Shown in pieces: positions 30,983-39,676 of a stretch of 64,000 bases of DNA. The position numbers were made by a program, and so were the translations under genes. The stretch covers positions 83,577 to 147,576 of the forward strand of contig JAIVHO010000034.1 of assembly GCA_020201035.1 (NCBI GenBank), given 5' to 3'. This DNA comes from Bacteroidales bacterium. GTDB lineage: Bacteria > Bacteroidota > Bacteroidia > Bacteroidales > VadinHA17. Numbering within the stretch: position 1 is the stretch's first letter; the number at the start of each line of letters is the position of its first letter. A model generated the notes under the pieces. It made no database searches. It was not told the origin of the DNA and saw only the letters and a list, made by a program, of their open reading frames with translations.

Positions 30983-31549
30983 ATGGCAACAGAAAAGAGC
31001 AGATTCAACAGGATAATACTGGGCATTGACCCGGGAACAACCATTGCAGGCTATGGTATTATTGGTATAGATAATCAGAATCCTCTTCTTATCTCACTTG
31101 GCATAATAGACATGCGCAAATTTGATGATCCCTACCTGAAGCTAAAGCATATTTTTGACCGCACACTCTCTCTTATTGATCAGTATGCTCCTGATGAGAT
31201 GGCCGTGGAAGCACCTTTTTACGGTAAAAATGTGCAATCAATGCTTAAGCTGGGCCGGGCACAGGGTGCCTCAATAGCAGCCGCTCTTTACAGATCAGTT
31301 CCGGTACACGAATATGCCCCCCGCAAAATAAAGATGTCTATCACAGGGCAGGGTGCAGCCTCCAAGGAACAGGTTGCAGGAATGCTGGTAAATATTCTCA
31401 AATTCAAGTCTGACGATTATCTTCTGGATGCTACGGACGGACTGGCAGCGGCAATGTGTCACTTCTTCCAGAGCAGCAGGCCCACACAGGCATCTGAATA
31501 CTCATCATGGAAGAGTTTTATCAGCAAGAATCCAGGCAGGGTAAAGTAA
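30983..31549 (+). CDS. ruvC: crossover junction endodeoxyribonuclease RuvC
   Basis: ILGIDPGTTIAGYGII (catalytic Asp), VEAPFYGKNVQS and LDATDGLAAAMCH. Confidence 0.9.
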   Translation: MATEKSRFNRIILGIDPGTTIAGYGIIGIDNQNPLLISLGIIDMRKFDDPYLKLKHIFDRTLSLIDQYAPDEMAVEAPFYGKNVQSMLKLGRAQGASIAAALYRSVPVHEYAPRKIKMSITGQGAASKEQVAGMLVNILKFKSDDYLLDATDGLAAAMCHFFQSSRPTQASEYSSWKSFISKNPGRVK

Positions 31550-31555
31550 AAATTT

Positions 31556-32272
31556 TCAGGATGTTCCCGATTCAGCAACAGCCATGGCTACAACGCTTAC
31601 CTTTATGGGACCCGCCTCCCGGAGCAGGTTTACACACGATTCAATTGTTGACCCGGTGGTTATAACATCATCCACCACCAGGAGGTGAGCCTCTTCAGGC
31701 AACGGGTCCGGACCTGTTGCAAAAATATTCTCAACATTCTCCCATCTTTCAACCCTTGATTTTCTGGTTTGTGTATCACTGCGCCCTTTTCTTATCAGCG
31801 CTGTCCTGAGCAGCGGCACTCCCGTTGATTCAGATATTCCCATACAGATAACCTCGGCCTGGTTAAACCCTCGCTTCCTCTCACGTGAAGGATGAAGCGG
31901 AACCGGTACCAGGTAATCAATCCCATCCATAAATCCTGAATCGGCCAGGATGGTGCCATAATATCGTCCAAGGAAAGTCCCCACCTCTTTAATGCCTGAA
32001 TATTTAAGCCGGTGAATCAGCTGCTGCATCTTTCCACCTCTCCTGTAATAGGACCAGGCTGTTGCCTTCTCAGCATAGCATCTCCCCCATAGCGAACGTT
32101 CAAGTGCGTTCTCCCTCTGAAGATGAAAACCGGTAAGCGGCATATCCAGCAGACATGAAGTACATATAACCTGCTCATTTCTTACCAGATGATTTCCGCA
32201 GGCCTGACACAGTCTGGGGAAAAGGAGTGACAGGAGATCATTCAATGGTCTGGTTATGCCTGATATACGCAT
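31556..32272 (-). CDS. comF: ComF family protein (phosphoribosyltransferase domain with an N-terminal Cys4 finger)
   Basis: CQACG...CTSC zinc finger; PRTase motif LLVVDDVITTGSTI. Confidence 0.85.
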   Translation of the reverse strand: MRISGITRPLNDLLSLLFPRLCQACGNHLVRNEQVICTSCLLDMPLTGFHLQRENALERSLWGRCYAEKATAWSYYRRGGKMQQLIHRLKYSGIKEVGTFLGRYYGTILADSGFMDGIDYLVPVPLHPSRERKRGFNQAEVICMGISESTGVPLLRTALIRKGRSDTQTRKSRVERWENVENIFATGPDPLPEEAHLLVVDDVITTGSTIESCVNLLREAGPIKVSVVAMAVAESGTS

Positions 32273-32313
32273 TTCATCTAAAAAAAAAGGGCTGATAGTA
32301 ACAGCCCCTCAGG

Positions 32314-32715
32314 TTATTCAAATTTTTCAGCTATCCTGGCAGCAAGATCTTCAAACTCCTCAGGCAGCATCCTTATCCTCTCCCTTGAAAAACTTATATC
32401 AGCTTCCCGGTTAAGAGGAACAAGGTGTATATGAGCATGCGGTACTTCAAGACCGAGAACAGCTACACCTATCCTTTTGCAGGGAACCACCTGCTCAAGG
32501 GCACGGGCCACTCTTTTGGTAAAAATCATCATTTCGGCAAGGTCAGCATCCTCAATATCAAACAGGTAATCAGTCTCCTTTCGGGGAACAACCAGGGTAT
32601 GTCCTTCAGCAAGGGGACCTATATCCAGAAAGGCAATAAATTTCTCGTTTTCAGCAACCCGGTAAGAAGGAATCTCACCACTGATTATTTTAGTAAATAT
32701 TGTTGCCATAACCAT
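32314..32715 (-). CDS. HIT family (histidine triad) protein
   Basis: IFTKIISGEIPSY and the histidine triad HAHIHLVP. Confidence 0.9.
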   Translation of the reverse strand: MVMATIFTKIISGEIPSYRVAENEKFIAFLDIGPLAEGHTLVVPRKETDYLFDIEDADLAEMMIFTKRVARALEQVVPCKRIGVAVLGLEVPHAHIHLVPLNREADISFSRERIRMLPEEFEDLAARIAEKFE

Positions 32716-32723
32716 ATCAGTAA

Positions 32724-33197
32724 TTACATTGATATCCCAATAATCTCAAAGGTGAATGTCCCGGAAGGAACGGTCACCTCAGCCACATCACCCACCTTTT
32801 TGCCAAGCAGACCTTTGGCAATAGGGGAGTTCACAGCCAGCTTTCCCTCCTTGAGGTTTGCCTCACTTTCAGGCACAAGGAGGTACTCCGAAACCATATC
32901 ATTGGCACGGTTCTTTATTTTAACCCGGTTTAGAACCTGCACGGAGAATATATCAATCCGCGACTCATCAATCAATCGTGAATTTGCAATCTTATCCTCC
33001 AGATGGGCAATCTTCATCTCAAGCATACCCTGTGCTTCCTTGGCCGCAGAATATTCAGCATTCTCGGATAAATCACCTTTATCCCGTGCTTCTGCTATCT
33101 GTCTTGAGATAGAAGGACGTTCAATCAATCTCAGATGATCAAGCTCTTCCTTCAACCGGTGCAACCCATCTTCAGTCAAATAAATTTTATCCGACAT
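32724..33197 (-). CDS. greA: transcription elongation factor GreA
   Basis: MSDKIYLTEDGLHRLKEEL..., DLSENAEYSAAKE, C-terminal SPIAKGLLGKKVGD. A GGAGG RBS lies 8 nt upstream of the ATG at 33197. The track start at 33239 lies inside the leader hairpin. Confidence 0.92.
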   Translation of the reverse strand: MSDKIYLTEDGLHRLKEELDHLRLIERPSISRQIAEARDKGDLSENAEYSAAKEAQGMLEMKIAHLEDKIANSRLIDESRIDIFSVQVLNRVKIKNRANDMVSEYLLVPESEANLKEGKLAVNSPIAKGLLGKKVGDVAEVTVPSGTFTFEIIGISM

Positions 33198-33258
33198 TTT
33201 TTTTCCTCCATTATTTAAAAAATAAAAGAATTCCGGCATTACCGGAACTCTTTAGATG

Positions 33259-33266
33259 CAAATATA
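33259..33266 (-). promoter_or_regulatory. -7 promoter box TATATTTG upstream of greA
   Basis: Reverse complement of caaatata at 33259-33266. Confidence 0.4.
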
Positions 33267-33321
33267 CAAATTTCCAATATATAAACAACTTAAACCACTA
33301 AAAATGATACGTTAACAGAAA

Positions 33322-33882
33322 TTAAAAACTTTCTCTTCTCTTAAGTATCTCTGAGAACACAATCGCTTCAGCCAGATTAAACCTGCCGGCTATTGCGCTG
33401 GCTTTACTCTGTTCACTGGTCTCCCTTTTATCACTTGCAGTCATGTCACGAACACCGTCACTGTCCAGATCATATATATGTTTCTCCTCCTCCTCAAAAA
33501 GTGATGATATTCCCTCGTTCCTGAACATGTCTGCCATGGGTTCCTCCCATTCACCGTCACTGTAGGCAACCCTCTTCTGACTCCCGGTTTCGGAAAGAAT
33601 ATCCTTAACAGTTTCCGACCCTATTACCCTTTCTCTTGCGGCCCCATGATCCGGAACACCTGTTTCATCATCCCATGAGAAATCGTCCGATACAATAATA
33701 TCGCGGGTTCTTTCCCTTGCTCTTTCAGCCACCTCCTTTACATCCATCTCCCTCTCCTGATCAATAATTTCATCAGGCATTGAACGGGGAGCAACCGTTC
33801 TCTTTTTCTTTTTCCCGAAGGCTCCAAAAAGGGCAAACATTGCTGCCAGTATATAAAAAACAAGATCTCCTATATCTTCCAT
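33322..33882 (-). CDS. hypothetical membrane-anchored acidic protein
   Basis: One N-terminal TM helix (LVFYILAAMFALFGAF) followed by a strongly D/E-rich soluble region. Confidence 0.55.
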   Translation of the reverse strand: MEDIGDLVFYILAAMFALFGAFGKKKKRTVAPRSMPDEIIDQEREMDVKEVAERARERTRDIIVSDDFSWDDETGVPDHGAARERVIGSETVKDILSETGSQKRVAYSDGEWEEPMADMFRNEGISSLFEEEEKHIYDLDSDGVRDMTASDKRETSEQSKASAIAGRFNLAEAIVFSEILKRRESF

Positions 33883-33884
33883 AA

Positions 33885-34283
33885 CTATCTTTTTTTATAC
33901 TTTTTACTGCTCCCCGACTTCCGGGCTCTTTTTGCCTCAATTTTTCTCTTCTCCCGCTCCCTTATCTTACGTTCCTTCTCGTCCTGTTTCATCCTCTCCC
34001 TAACTTCCATACTCTGAATGGAGACGTGACGCTCCCTGCTTTCCCTTACTGCCCTCCGGTACTGCTTCTTCTGCAATGCCTCCTTCTTCTCCTGTGCCCT
34101 TACAGCCCCTCTTACTTCCCGCGGTTCCTTCTGATCCTTCTTAACTCTCCGGTTTGCTCCTGAAATCTGCTTCTCCGTTTTCTTTACAGAAACTCTCTTA
34201 AACAACTGGGCTTCAGCATCCGGTGTCACAAAAAAAAGCAACCCCATGGCAAATATAACTGTTGATATTCTTCTCAGAACCAT
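33885..34283 (-). CDS. hypothetical secreted, highly basic (K/R-rich) coiled-coil protein
   Basis: Signal peptide (...FFVTPDAEAQ) followed by about 100 aa dominated by K/R/E. Only 2 nt separate it from the next ORF. Confidence 0.5.
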   Translation of the reverse strand: MVLRRISTVIFAMGLLFFVTPDAEAQLFKRVSVKKTEKQISGANRRVKKDQKEPREVRGAVRAQEKKEALQKKQYRRAVRESRERHVSIQSMEVRERMKQDEKERKIREREKRKIEAKRARKSGSSKKYKKR

Positions 34284-34359
34284 AACCCCCGAAATATTAT
34301 ATATATGTTACCGTTATTATTAACGGCACAAATTGTAATTTTGAAAAAAGATAATCACT

Positions 34360-34833
34360 GTGACAATTTCAAAAGTAGGATTTTTTTTGATAACAATTGC
34401 ATCCATTCTCATCATATCAGGCTGCAAAAAAGATAACTTTCATCCGGTGCCTGATGTTATCATTGATTTTTATATTGACCTCTCGGATCCCGAATTCCTG
34501 AATCTTACTGTTGAAACAGGCTATGCATTAATCAACTCTTCCACCAATAACTGGGGCTACCTGTCAGCAGGTTTCGATAATAACGGAATTATTGTTTACC
34601 ACTCCATGGGAGATGAATTTCTGGCCTTTGACCGCACCTGTCCGCACGACTATGCCCTTTCGGGCTTAAGTATTGCTGTTGATGTTGACGGAGTATATGC
34701 AGAATGCCCGGAGTGTGAAAGTACATGGGCACTGCCCAGCTTCGGGGCACCCTCCGAAGGACCCTCACGTTACCCCCTGAAAGAATACAGAACCAGTTTT
34801 GACGGCCGGTTTGTGCATGTATTTAACCGGTGA
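34360..34833 (+). CDS. hypothetical lipoprotein with a Rieske-like Cys/His pattern
   Basis: Lipobox LIISGC; CPH-x19-CPEC arrangement; GTG start. Confidence 0.5.
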   Translation: MTISKVGFFLITIASILIISGCKKDNFHPVPDVIIDFYIDLSDPEFLNLTVETGYALINSSTNNWGYLSAGFDNNGIIVYHSMGDEFLAFDRTCPHDYALSGLSIAVDVDGVYAECPECESTWALPSFGAPSEGPSRYPLKEYRTSFDGRFVHVFNR

Positions 34834-34914
34834 CAACCTGCTATTACCACTTGCCCCCGCACACTGCCCGCTTCCTACGCGGCAGATTGCGGATGCCTGT
34901 TCAGCACCTTCTGA

Positions 34915-36330
34915 TCAGTACCTGTAGTGATCCGGTTTATAGGGACCTTCCAGCTTAACACCCAGATAACGGGCCTGCGCAGGAGTCAATTCAGTTAGCC
35001 TGACTCCCAGCTGTTCCAGATGCAGCCTGGCTACCTCTTCATCAAGGTATTTCGGCAGTCGGTATACTCCAATCTCATAATCATTACTCCACAGATCGAG
35101 CTGGGCAAGCGTCTGATTGCTGAAGGAGTTACTCATAACGAAAGATGGATGACCGGTTGCACAGCCAAGATTTACAAGCCTTCCCTCAGCCAGCATATAT
35201 ATTGAATGTCCATCCTCAAAGATATACCTGTCAACCTGTGGTTTGATATTTATCTTCTTTATCCCGGGGGCTGCCTCCAGCCTGTCAACCTGTATCTCGT
35301 TATCAAAATGGCCGATATTACATACAATAGCCTGATCCTTCATGGCTGCCATATGTTCTACTGTCAGAACATCCCTGTTGCCTGTTGCGGTCACATATAT
35401 ATTTCCTTCATTCAGGGCATCCTCAACCCGTTTCACCTCAAACCCCTCCATAGCAGCCTGCAGCGCACAGATAGGATCTATCTCGGTAACTATAACGCGC
35501 GCTCCGTAGGATCTCATGGATTGGGCGCATCCCTTACCCACATCACCATACCCAAGAACAACAACCACCTTGCCGGCTATCATTACATCGGTTGCCCTTT
35601 TAATTCCATCAGCAAGTGATTCACGACATCCGTAAAGATTATCAAACTTTGACTTGGTTACCGAGTCATTGACATTAATTGCAGGCACAAGCAGTGTTCC
35701 CTCCTCCATCATCTGGTACAGTCTGTGCACCCCGGTTGTTGTCTCTTCCGATACTCCCTTCATTTCACTTACTGTACGGTGCCATTTGTCCGGATCACCG
35801 GCAAGAATATCCTTAAGGGTCTTTAGCACAACGGCCTCTTCACGGGAACCGGGTTCCTCATCCAATAGGAGCGCATTATCCTCTGCCCTGTAACCCTTAT
35901 GCACGAGAAGGCTTGCATCACCTCCATCATCCACAATCATATGCGGCCCCTTGCCTCCCGGGAATGAGAGAGCCTGCGCAGTGCACCACCAGTATTCCTC
36001 CAGGGTCTCTCCCTTCCAGGCAAAAACCGGTATACCACTTGCTGCAATTGCGGCAGCAGCATGATCCTGTGTTGAAAAAATATTGCAACTTGCCCATCTC
36101 ACATCAGCACCCAGCTCTGCAAGTGTCTCAATCAGAACTGCAGTCTGTATGGTCATATGCAGTGACCCTGTTATTCTTGCTCCTGCAAGAGGTTTCTCAG
36201 AGGAGTACTTTCTCCTGATTGACATCAGTCCAGGCATCTCCTTCTCAGCAATCCCGATCTCTTTCCGGCCAAATTCAGCCAGTGACATATCCTTTACCTT
36301 ATATGGTAATGTTTCGGTTATTGTTATCAT
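34915..36330 (-). CDS. ahcY: adenosylhomocysteinase
   Basis: [43 protein letters not shown] and the NAD site GYGDVGKG. The start is set at the ATG at 36330 (MITITE...), because the promoter box lies inside the longer track ORF. Confidence 0.95.
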   Translation of the reverse strand: MITITETLPYKVKDMSLAEFGRKEIGIAEKEMPGLMSIRRKYSSEKPLAGARITGSLHMTIQTAVLIETLAELGADVRWASCNIFSTQDHAAAAIAASGIPVFAWKGETLEEYWWCTAQALSFPGGKGPHMIVDDGGDASLLVHKGYRAEDNALLLDEEPGSREEAVVLKTLKDILAGDPDKWHRTVSEMKGVSEETTTGVHRLYQMMEEGTLLVPAINVNDSVTKSKFDNLYGCRESLADGIKRATDVMIAGKVVVVLGYGDVGKGCAQSMRSYGARVIVTEIDPICALQAAMEGFEVKRVEDALNEGNIYVTATGNRDVLTVEHMAAMKDQAIVCNIGHFDNEIQVDRLEAAPGIKKINIKPQVDRYIFEDGHSIYMLAEGRLVNLGCATGHPSFVMSNSFSNQTLAQLDLWSNDYEIGVYRLPKYLDEEVARLHLEQLGVRLTELTPAQARYLGVKLEGPYKPDHYRY

Positions 36331-36350
36331 TTTAATATTTTTTTGGAGTG

Positions 36351-36358
36351 CAAATATA
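36351..36358 (-). promoter_or_regulatory. -7 promoter box TATATTTG upstream of ahcY
   Basis: Reverse complement of caaatata, 20 nt upstream of the ATG at 36330. Confidence 0.45.
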
Positions 36359-36420
36359 CGAAAAAACGCAATGACCACCAAAATCATAGGTGGCAGACAG
36401 TTGTTCTGCAACCCAACAAT

Positions 36421-36625
36421 CATCAGGCAGACGGGATCTCTGGCTCAGGCTGGCGGGCGGGAGCTCTGATCATCAGGCTGGCTGGCGGGATCTCTGATCA
36501 TCAGGCGGGCAGGATCTCTGGCTCAGGCTGGCGGGCAGGATCTCTGGCTAAGGCTGGCGGGCAGGATCTCTGGCTCAGGCAGGCGGGCAGGATCTCTGGC
36601 TCAGGCTGGCGGGCAGGAGCCGGGG
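36421..36625. repeat. imperfect minisatellite of about 8 units of 22-28 bp (consensus gctcaggctggcgggcaggatctctg)
   Basis: Read directly. Four near-perfect 26-bp units lie between 36511 and 36614. It is GC-rich relative to its flanks and each unit carries a GATC. Confidence 0.95.
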
Positions 36626-36627
36626 GG

Positions 36628-36741
36628 TTATCCCAGAAGTCGCAGCGTCTCCTCTCTGTCCATCGCTATGCGGTCACGAAGTTCCTCCCTGGTATCAAAC
36701 CGAATATCGCCTCTTATCCTTTGCCGCATCTTAACCTTCAT
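36628..36741 (-). pseudogene. ribF: out-of-frame C-terminal remnant of the ribF riboflavin-kinase domain
   Basis: Hand translation in a different frame from the main ORF gives GKEMKVKMRQRIRGDIRFDTREELRDRIAMDREETLRLLG*. This fits the usual RibF C-terminus pattern (v.f...iR.e.kF.s.eeL..qi..D). Confidence 0.65.
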
Positions 36742-37448
36742 CTCCTTTCCCCCTCAACCGACGTATGAGCTGCATAGACTCCGTCAGCAGGTATCAGCTT
36801 CCAGTCATACTCTGACTCAATATTGGCAGTAGGGTATCCAAGGAGCCGCCCTATCCTTTCGCCCTCCACCACCCTGCCATGCAGCAGGTAGCTGTATCCA
36901 AGCAGATGGTTTGCCCTTTCAAGGGCACCTTCTTCCAGGCACCTTCTTATAAGTGATGAACTCACAGCCTCCCCTTCTGACATCAACGCCTCAATACGGG
37001 TATGCCCCAGTCCTGCTGCGGAAACACACTCTGAAAGGTCAGGATTATTACCCTCTCCCCTGTGTCCGAACCGGTGATTGTACCCCACATAGAGGTGTTG
37101 AACACCGAGCATTCCAACAAGATATTTTTCTGTAAAGCTGCATGCGCTCATCCTGCTCATTTCAATATCAAAAGGAATTATCAGCAGGTGGTCTATTCCG
37201 CACTCTTCGAGGAGTGATATTTTCTCGCCGGGTGATGAGAGAAATCTTATCCCACTGTCATCTGGTGCAAGAATCAGTCTGGGGTGAGGGTCAAATGTTA
37301 TAGCAACCGATTCACCGCCGCTCTTTTGTGCATGAGCGGTAACATGGCTCAGTAATGAACGGTGCCCCCTGTGAACACCATCGAACATGCCTATTGTGGC
37401 AATGGCCATGCCAGGCTTAATCTTTAATTCTGACCGGGATATTTTCAC
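36738..37448 (-). CDS. ribF: bifunctional riboflavin kinase / FMN adenylyltransferase, truncated inside the kinase domain
   Basis: The FAD-synthetase N-domain looks intact (IGMFDGVHRGH). The kinase domain starts (GRVVEGERIGRLLGYPTANI...IPADGVYAA) but stops after about 46 aa. Total length is 236 aa versus roughly 310 expected. Confidence 0.8.
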   Translation of the reverse strand: MKISRSELKIKPGMAIATIGMFDGVHRGHRSLLSHVTAHAQKSGGESVAITFDPHPRLILAPDDSGIRFLSSPGEKISLLEECGIDHLLIIPFDIEMSRMSACSFTEKYLVGMLGVQHLYVGYNHRFGHRGEGNNPDLSECVSAAGLGHTRIEALMSEGEAVSSSLIRRCLEEGALERANHLLGYSYLLHGRVVEGERIGRLLGYPTANIESEYDWKLIPADGVYAAHTSVEGERR

Positions 37449-37576
37449 CTCACTTGTATGATGGATGCAAAATTAATAAAGGAAAGGGCTTTCAGGCAAA
37501 TATCTGGTAATTTTATTACCTTTAATCCGGACACTGCTCAAATTAGGAATAACGCACTTTTCCATCAGGAGATGAT

Positions 37577-39628
37577 ATGAACCACTCTGAACCTTTTTAC
37601 AAAAAAGATCCATGGCTCAGGCCTTTCTCCGGGATAATTGATCAGAGGCATAATGCTGTTGCGGACCGACTGGCGAAGCTGACCGGTGGGAGGAGTCTGG
37701 CCGAATTTGCCGCAGGGCATCTCTACTACGGCATGCACAGGGATGGTGAGGGCATGGTATTCAGGGAGTTTGCCCCACATGCCACTGCTATTTTCCTGAC
37801 CGGCACCTTCAACGGCTGGAAGGAGGAGGAAAGGTTTGGCCTCACCCGTACCAACCGCTACGGAAACTGGGAGATCAGGCTGAAAAAGGACGAGATTCCC
37901 GCAGGGTCACTATACAAAATGTCTGTCCACTGGGAGGGTGGCTCGGGAGAGAGGATACCCTCATATGCAATATCTGTTGTACAGGATGATGACACCAAGC
38001 TTTTTGCTGCAGTAAATCTGGTACATGACGGAACCTTCAGGTGGAAGCACCGGTGGCCGGTTAAATCAACTGATTCCCCCCTGGTTTATGAGGCGCATAC
38101 CGGCATGGCTTCAGAAGAGCAGAAGGTGGCCTCTTTCAGTGAATTCAGAACCAATGTACTGCCGCGTATTAAAAAAAACGGATACAACGTGATACAGCTT
38201 ATGGCTGTGCAGGAACATCCCTATTACGGCTCATTTGGCTACCATGTCTCCAACTTCTTCGCGGTATCATCAAGATTCGGAACACCTGATGATCTGAGAG
38301 AGCTTATTGATGAAGCTCACGGAATGGGTATTGCTGTTATTATGGATCTGGTTCACAGCCATTCAGTCTCCAATGTCAACGAGGGACTGGCTCTTCTTGA
38401 TGGTGATCCGGGACTATATTTCCATACCGGTGCAAGAAGGGTTCATCCGGCATGGAACTCTCTATGTTTCAATTACGGAAGCGATCATGTGCTTCATTTC
38501 CTTCTCTCTAACTGCCGCTACTGGATTGAGGAGTTCAATATTGACGGTTTCAGGTTTGACGGTGTTACCAGTATGATCTATTATGATCACGGGCTGGGAC
38601 GCGACTTCACCTCCTACGGGATGTACTATGACGGAAACCAGGATCCTGATGCTCTTGTCTATCTCTCACTGGCCAACAGGCTTATACATGAAATAAGGCC
38701 CGAAGCGATTACCGTGGCTGAGGAGATGAGCGGCATGCCCGGAATAGCAGCACCATGGGAATCGATGGGGACAGGATTCGACTACAGGCTGGCAATGGGC
38801 GTTCCCGATTTCTGGATAAAACTGATAAAGGAGATCCGGGATGAGGAGTGGGATATGGAGCACCTCTTTTACGAACTGACCCAGCACCGTCCCGACGAAA
38901 AAACAATCTCATACTGTGAATCTCACGACCAGGCGCTTGTTGGGGATAAAACACTTATTTTCAGACTTATGGATTCGGCAATATATACAGCAATGCATAG
39001 TCACTCCGTAAGCCTTGATGCCGAAAGAGGAGTGGCACTTCATAAGATGATAAGACTGATAACATCCACCACGGCCCAGAGCGGGTATCTCAATTTTATG
39101 GGAAATGAGTTTGGCCATCCCGAGTGGATTGACTTCCCAAGAGAAGGTAACAGCTGGAGCTACCATTATGCCAGACGGCAGTGGAGCCTGGCTGACAACA
39201 GTGAACTGCGGTATAGTCAGCTTCTCAGATTTGATAACAGCATGGTTGCCTTTTTAAGGAAATCGGCCCTGCTGGGGGATGATGCAATAATAAAACTGCA
39301 TGTAAGCAACCATGATAAAATCATTGCCTTCAGGAGACAAAGGTTCCTCTTTGTCTTTAATTTCCATCCCGTAAACTCCTACCCGGGTTATTCGCTTCCC
39401 GTAAAGGGGAGGTACAAAATTGTTCTCGACAGTGATTCAGGCGCTTACGGAGGATTTGATCGTATTGATCATTCAATCGATTATATCTCTTTCCCTGAAG
39501 GAGAAAGGGTGACCGTTACCACCCCCTTTGCCCTTAAGCTTTATCTCCCTTCACGGACAGCCGTGGTTCTTGAGGAACTGGCTCCACGAAGGATAACCGG
39601 TCTCCCGCTTAAGCAGCAATCCACTTAG
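37577..39628 (+). CDS. 1,4-alpha-glucan branching enzyme, GH13 (eukaryote-like subfamily)
   Basis: YEAHTGMASEE..., GYNVIQLMAVQEHPYYGSFGYHVSNFFAVSSRFGTPDDL, VIMDLVHSH, GFRFDGVTSM, AEEMSG, CESHDQ. Confidence 0.9.
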   Translation: MNHSEPFYKKDPWLRPFSGIIDQRHNAVADRLAKLTGGRSLAEFAAGHLYYGMHRDGEGMVFREFAPHATAIFLTGTFNGWKEEERFGLTRTNRYGNWEIRLKKDEIPAGSLYKMSVHWEGGSGERIPSYAISVVQDDDTKLFAAVNLVHDGTFRWKHRWPVKSTDSPLVYEAHTGMASEEQKVASFSEFRTNVLPRIKKNGYNVIQLMAVQEHPYYGSFGYHVSNFFAVSSRFGTPDDLRELIDEAHGMGIAVIMDLVHSHSVSNVNEGLALLDGDPGLYFHTGARRVHPAWNSLCFNYGSDHVLHFLLSNCRYWIEEFNIDGFRFDGVTSMIYYDHGLGRDFTSYGMYYDGNQDPDALVYLSLANRLIHEIRPEAITVAEEMSGMPGIAAPWESMGTGFDYRLAMGVPDFWIKLIKEIRDEEWDMEHLFYELTQHRPDEKTISYCESHDQALVGDKTLIFRLMDSAIYTAMHSHSVSLDAERGVALHKMIRLITSTTAQSGYLNFMGNEFGHPEWIDFPREGNSWSYHYARRQWSLADNSELRYSQLLRFDNSMVAFLRKSALLGDDAIIKLHVSNHDKIIAFRRQRFLFVFNFHPVNSYPGYSLPVKGRYKIVLDSDSGAYGGFDRIDHSIDYISFPEGERVTVTTPFALKLYLPSRTAVVLEELAPRRITGLPLKQQST

Positions 39629-39676
39629 CAGAAACCCACTTTAAAACAGAAACCCACTTTAAACAGCAATCCACTT
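39614..39676. repeat. A-B-B-A direct-repeat block spanning both convergent stop codons
   Basis: cagcaatccactt at 39614-39626 and 39664-39676; cagaaacccactttaaa at 39629-39645 and 39647-39663. Confidence 0.9.

Noticed and set aside
32425-33138. 237-aa plus-strand ORF
   Set aside because: It lies antisense across two well-supported genes (HIT protein and greA), has low-complexity composition and carries no recognisable motif.
36331-36420. SAH riboswitch upstream of ahcY
   Set aside because: The TATATTTG -7 box lies only about 20 nt from the ATG, leaving no room for a riboswitch aptamer.
36343-36768. 141-aa plus-strand ORF with repetitive [10 protein letters not shown]-type sequence
   Set aside because: It is simply the translation of the 26-bp minisatellite. 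Because 26 is not a multiple of 3, the peptide repeat drifts between frames. It also overlaps the ribF remnant and has no promoter or RBS.
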